Shown here piece after piece: positions 62,885 through 64,000 of a stretch of DNA of 64,000 bases. The notes below the pieces were generated by a model. That model was not told where the DNA came from, did not search any database, and saw only the letters and a program-made list of their open reading frames with translations. The position numbers and the translations under genes were made by a program. Where the stretch lies: NCBI GenBank assembly GCA_035449045.1, contig DAOTKC010000002.1:30192-94191 (forward strand), read 5' to 3'. Within the stretch, counting starts at the first letter, position 1. Every line of letters starts with the position of its first letter. Source of the stretch: Eubacteriales bacterium. GTDB taxonomy: Bacteria; Bacillota; Clostridia; Christensenellales; CAG-917.

Positions 62885-64000
62885 TTATTTAGCAGGGGTT
62901 GTATCGTCTAAAAACCTTCTAAGCGCGGCGAGCTGGAGCTTTACCGAGGCCGGCGAGGTGCCGCCCTCCGAGGAGCGGCTGTTGACGCAGGAGGCGAGGG
63001 TTATCGACGCGTAAACGTCGGACTCGAACAGCTCGGAAAACTGCTTTAGTGTTTCAAGGGTCAAGGCTTCGGGCTCGGCGCGGTTTTCGATGCAGTAGGC
63101 GACTAGGCGACCTGTGATTTTATAGGCCTCGCGGAAGGGAAGGCCTTTTTTGGCGAGGTAGTCGGAGATGTCGGTGGCGTTCAGAAAGCCCGTTTTGGCG
63201 GCTTTCGCCATCTTCTCACCTTGAAATTTTGAGGTGGCGAGCATTCCCGCAAACACGTCAAGGCAAGCCTTGACGGTGTCGACGCTGTCGAACAAAAGCT
63301 CCTTGTCCTCCTGCATATCCTTGTTGTAGGCTAGGGGAAGCCCTTTCATGACGGTGAACAGCGCGACGAGGTTGCCCACTGCGCGGCCGCTCTTGCCGCG
63401 GACGAGCTCGGCTATGTCGGGGTTCTTCTTTTGCGGCATGATGCTGGAGCCTGTCGAATAGGCGTCGGAAAGCTCCAAAAAGCCGAATTCGGCGCTGCTC
63501 CAAAGCACTATTTCCTCCGAAAAGCGGGAAAGGTGCGACATGATGAGCGCTATCGCCGAAGCAAGCTCGATGACGTAGTCGCGGTCGGAAACGGCGTCGA
63601 TGCTGTTGCTCGCGACGCTTAAAAAGCCGAGAGCCTCGGCGCACATCTTGCGGTCGACGGGATAGGTGGTGCCGGCGAGCGCGGCGGCGCCGAGCGGCGA
63701 GACGCTCGCCCTTGCCGCGGCGTCGGAAAGCCTGGAAAAGTCGCGCTTGAACATCTCGGCGTAGGCGAGAAGGTGGTGAGCCAAAAGTATGGGTTGGGCG
63801 CGCTGAAGGTGAGTATAGCCCGGCATTATGACGTCCTGCCCTTCTTCCGCCTTTTGATAAATGACGCCGAGGAGCTTAAATATAAGCGACTTAATTTCAT
63901 TTATCTCTTTCAAGGCGTAGAGTTTTGTATCTGTCGCGGCCTGGTCGTTTCGGCTCCGCGCGGTGTGGAGCTTGCCGCCGGCAGGCCCGATTTTTTTGGT
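62885..64000 (-). CDS. argH: Argininosuccinate lyase (N-terminus outside window)
   Basis: The frame stays open upstream of the ORF-track start to the window edge. My hand translation of 63914-64000 gives ...GGKLHTARSRNDQAATD..., the fumarate-lyase signature. GSSIMPQKKNPD is also present. Confidence 0.9.
   Translation of the reverse strand, partial: TKKIGPAGGKLHTARSRNDQAATDTKLYALKEINEIKSLIFKLLGVIYQKAEEGQDVIMPGYTHLQRAQPILLAHHLLAYAEMFKRDFSRLSDAAARASVSPLGAAALAGTTYPVDRKMCAEALGFLSVASNSIDAVSDRDYVIELASAIALIMSHLSRFSEEIVLWSSAEFGFLELSDAYSTGSSIMPQKKNPDIAELVRGKSGRAVGNLVALFTVMKGLPLAYNKDMQEDKELLFDSVDTVKACLDVFAGMLATSKFQGEKMAKAAKTGFLNATDISDYLAKKGLPFREAYKITGRLVAYCIENRAEPEALTLETLKQFSELFESDVYASITLASCVNSRSSEGGTSPASVKLQLAALRRFLDDTTPAK

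Noticed and set aside
1-64000. Mobile elements, prophage, toxin-antitoxin or known defence systems
   Set aside because: No transposase, integrase, recombinase, phage structural, restriction-modification, Cas, or nuclease/ATPase defence-like ORF is recognisable in any frame. tRNA-Pro has no adjacent integrase or direct repeat of its 3' end.

Overview
This looks like a chromosomal segment from an anaerobic, Clostridia-like Firmicute. That assignment is an inference from gene content: rubrerythrin/PerR, an ECF-type ThiT behind a TPP riboswitch, Listeria-Bacteroides-repeat lipoproteins, a UPF0210/UPF0237 pair, and GGAGG/GGTGGA-type ribosome binding sites (RBS). Gene order is as follows. (1) EF-G 3' end, a metallophosphoesterase, a small MGMT-family protein, an RpoA-alphaCTD/WG-repeat protein and tRNA-Pro(GGG). 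(2) A sugar-acid/glucuronide locus at 4.3-22.3 kb: GPH transporter, eda, kdgK, uxaB-type reductase, uxaC, an unknown 832-aa protein, uxuA, then a GH2 beta-glucuronidase, a second GPH transporter, an esterase, a small unknown and an Fe-S protein. (3) A GH94-like enzyme, an alpha/beta hydrolase, a LarA-family racemase/epimerase and an FAD reductase. (4) A TrmH-family methyltransferase and a 1569-aa lipoprotein. (5) rubrerythrin, perR, a P-type ATPase and a ferritin-like protein. (6) queH, trkH-trkA, an SDR, an AhpD-like protein, the UPF0210/ACT pair, a DUF4434-like protein and a beta-mannosidase. (7) argCJBDF, a TPP-riboswitch-controlled ThiT fusion, an AraC regulator, an M28 peptidase, a second lipoprotein and a partial argH. 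I found no transposase, integrase, phage gene, CRISPR array or recognisable defence gene. The least explained signal is non-coding: a dispersed intergenic element built from 7-nt units. It has four copies, always co-oriented with the downstream gene, and three of them start at the stop codon of the upstream gene. There are also several short-period tandem arrays next to strong sigma-A-type promoters. Other items worth follow-up are the unknown 832-aa protein inside the hexuronate operon, the extra genes in the glucuronidase operon, an orphan LarA homologue, and a ThiT with an N-terminal multi-TM extension. All family assignments come from motif recognition by eye; no database search was run.
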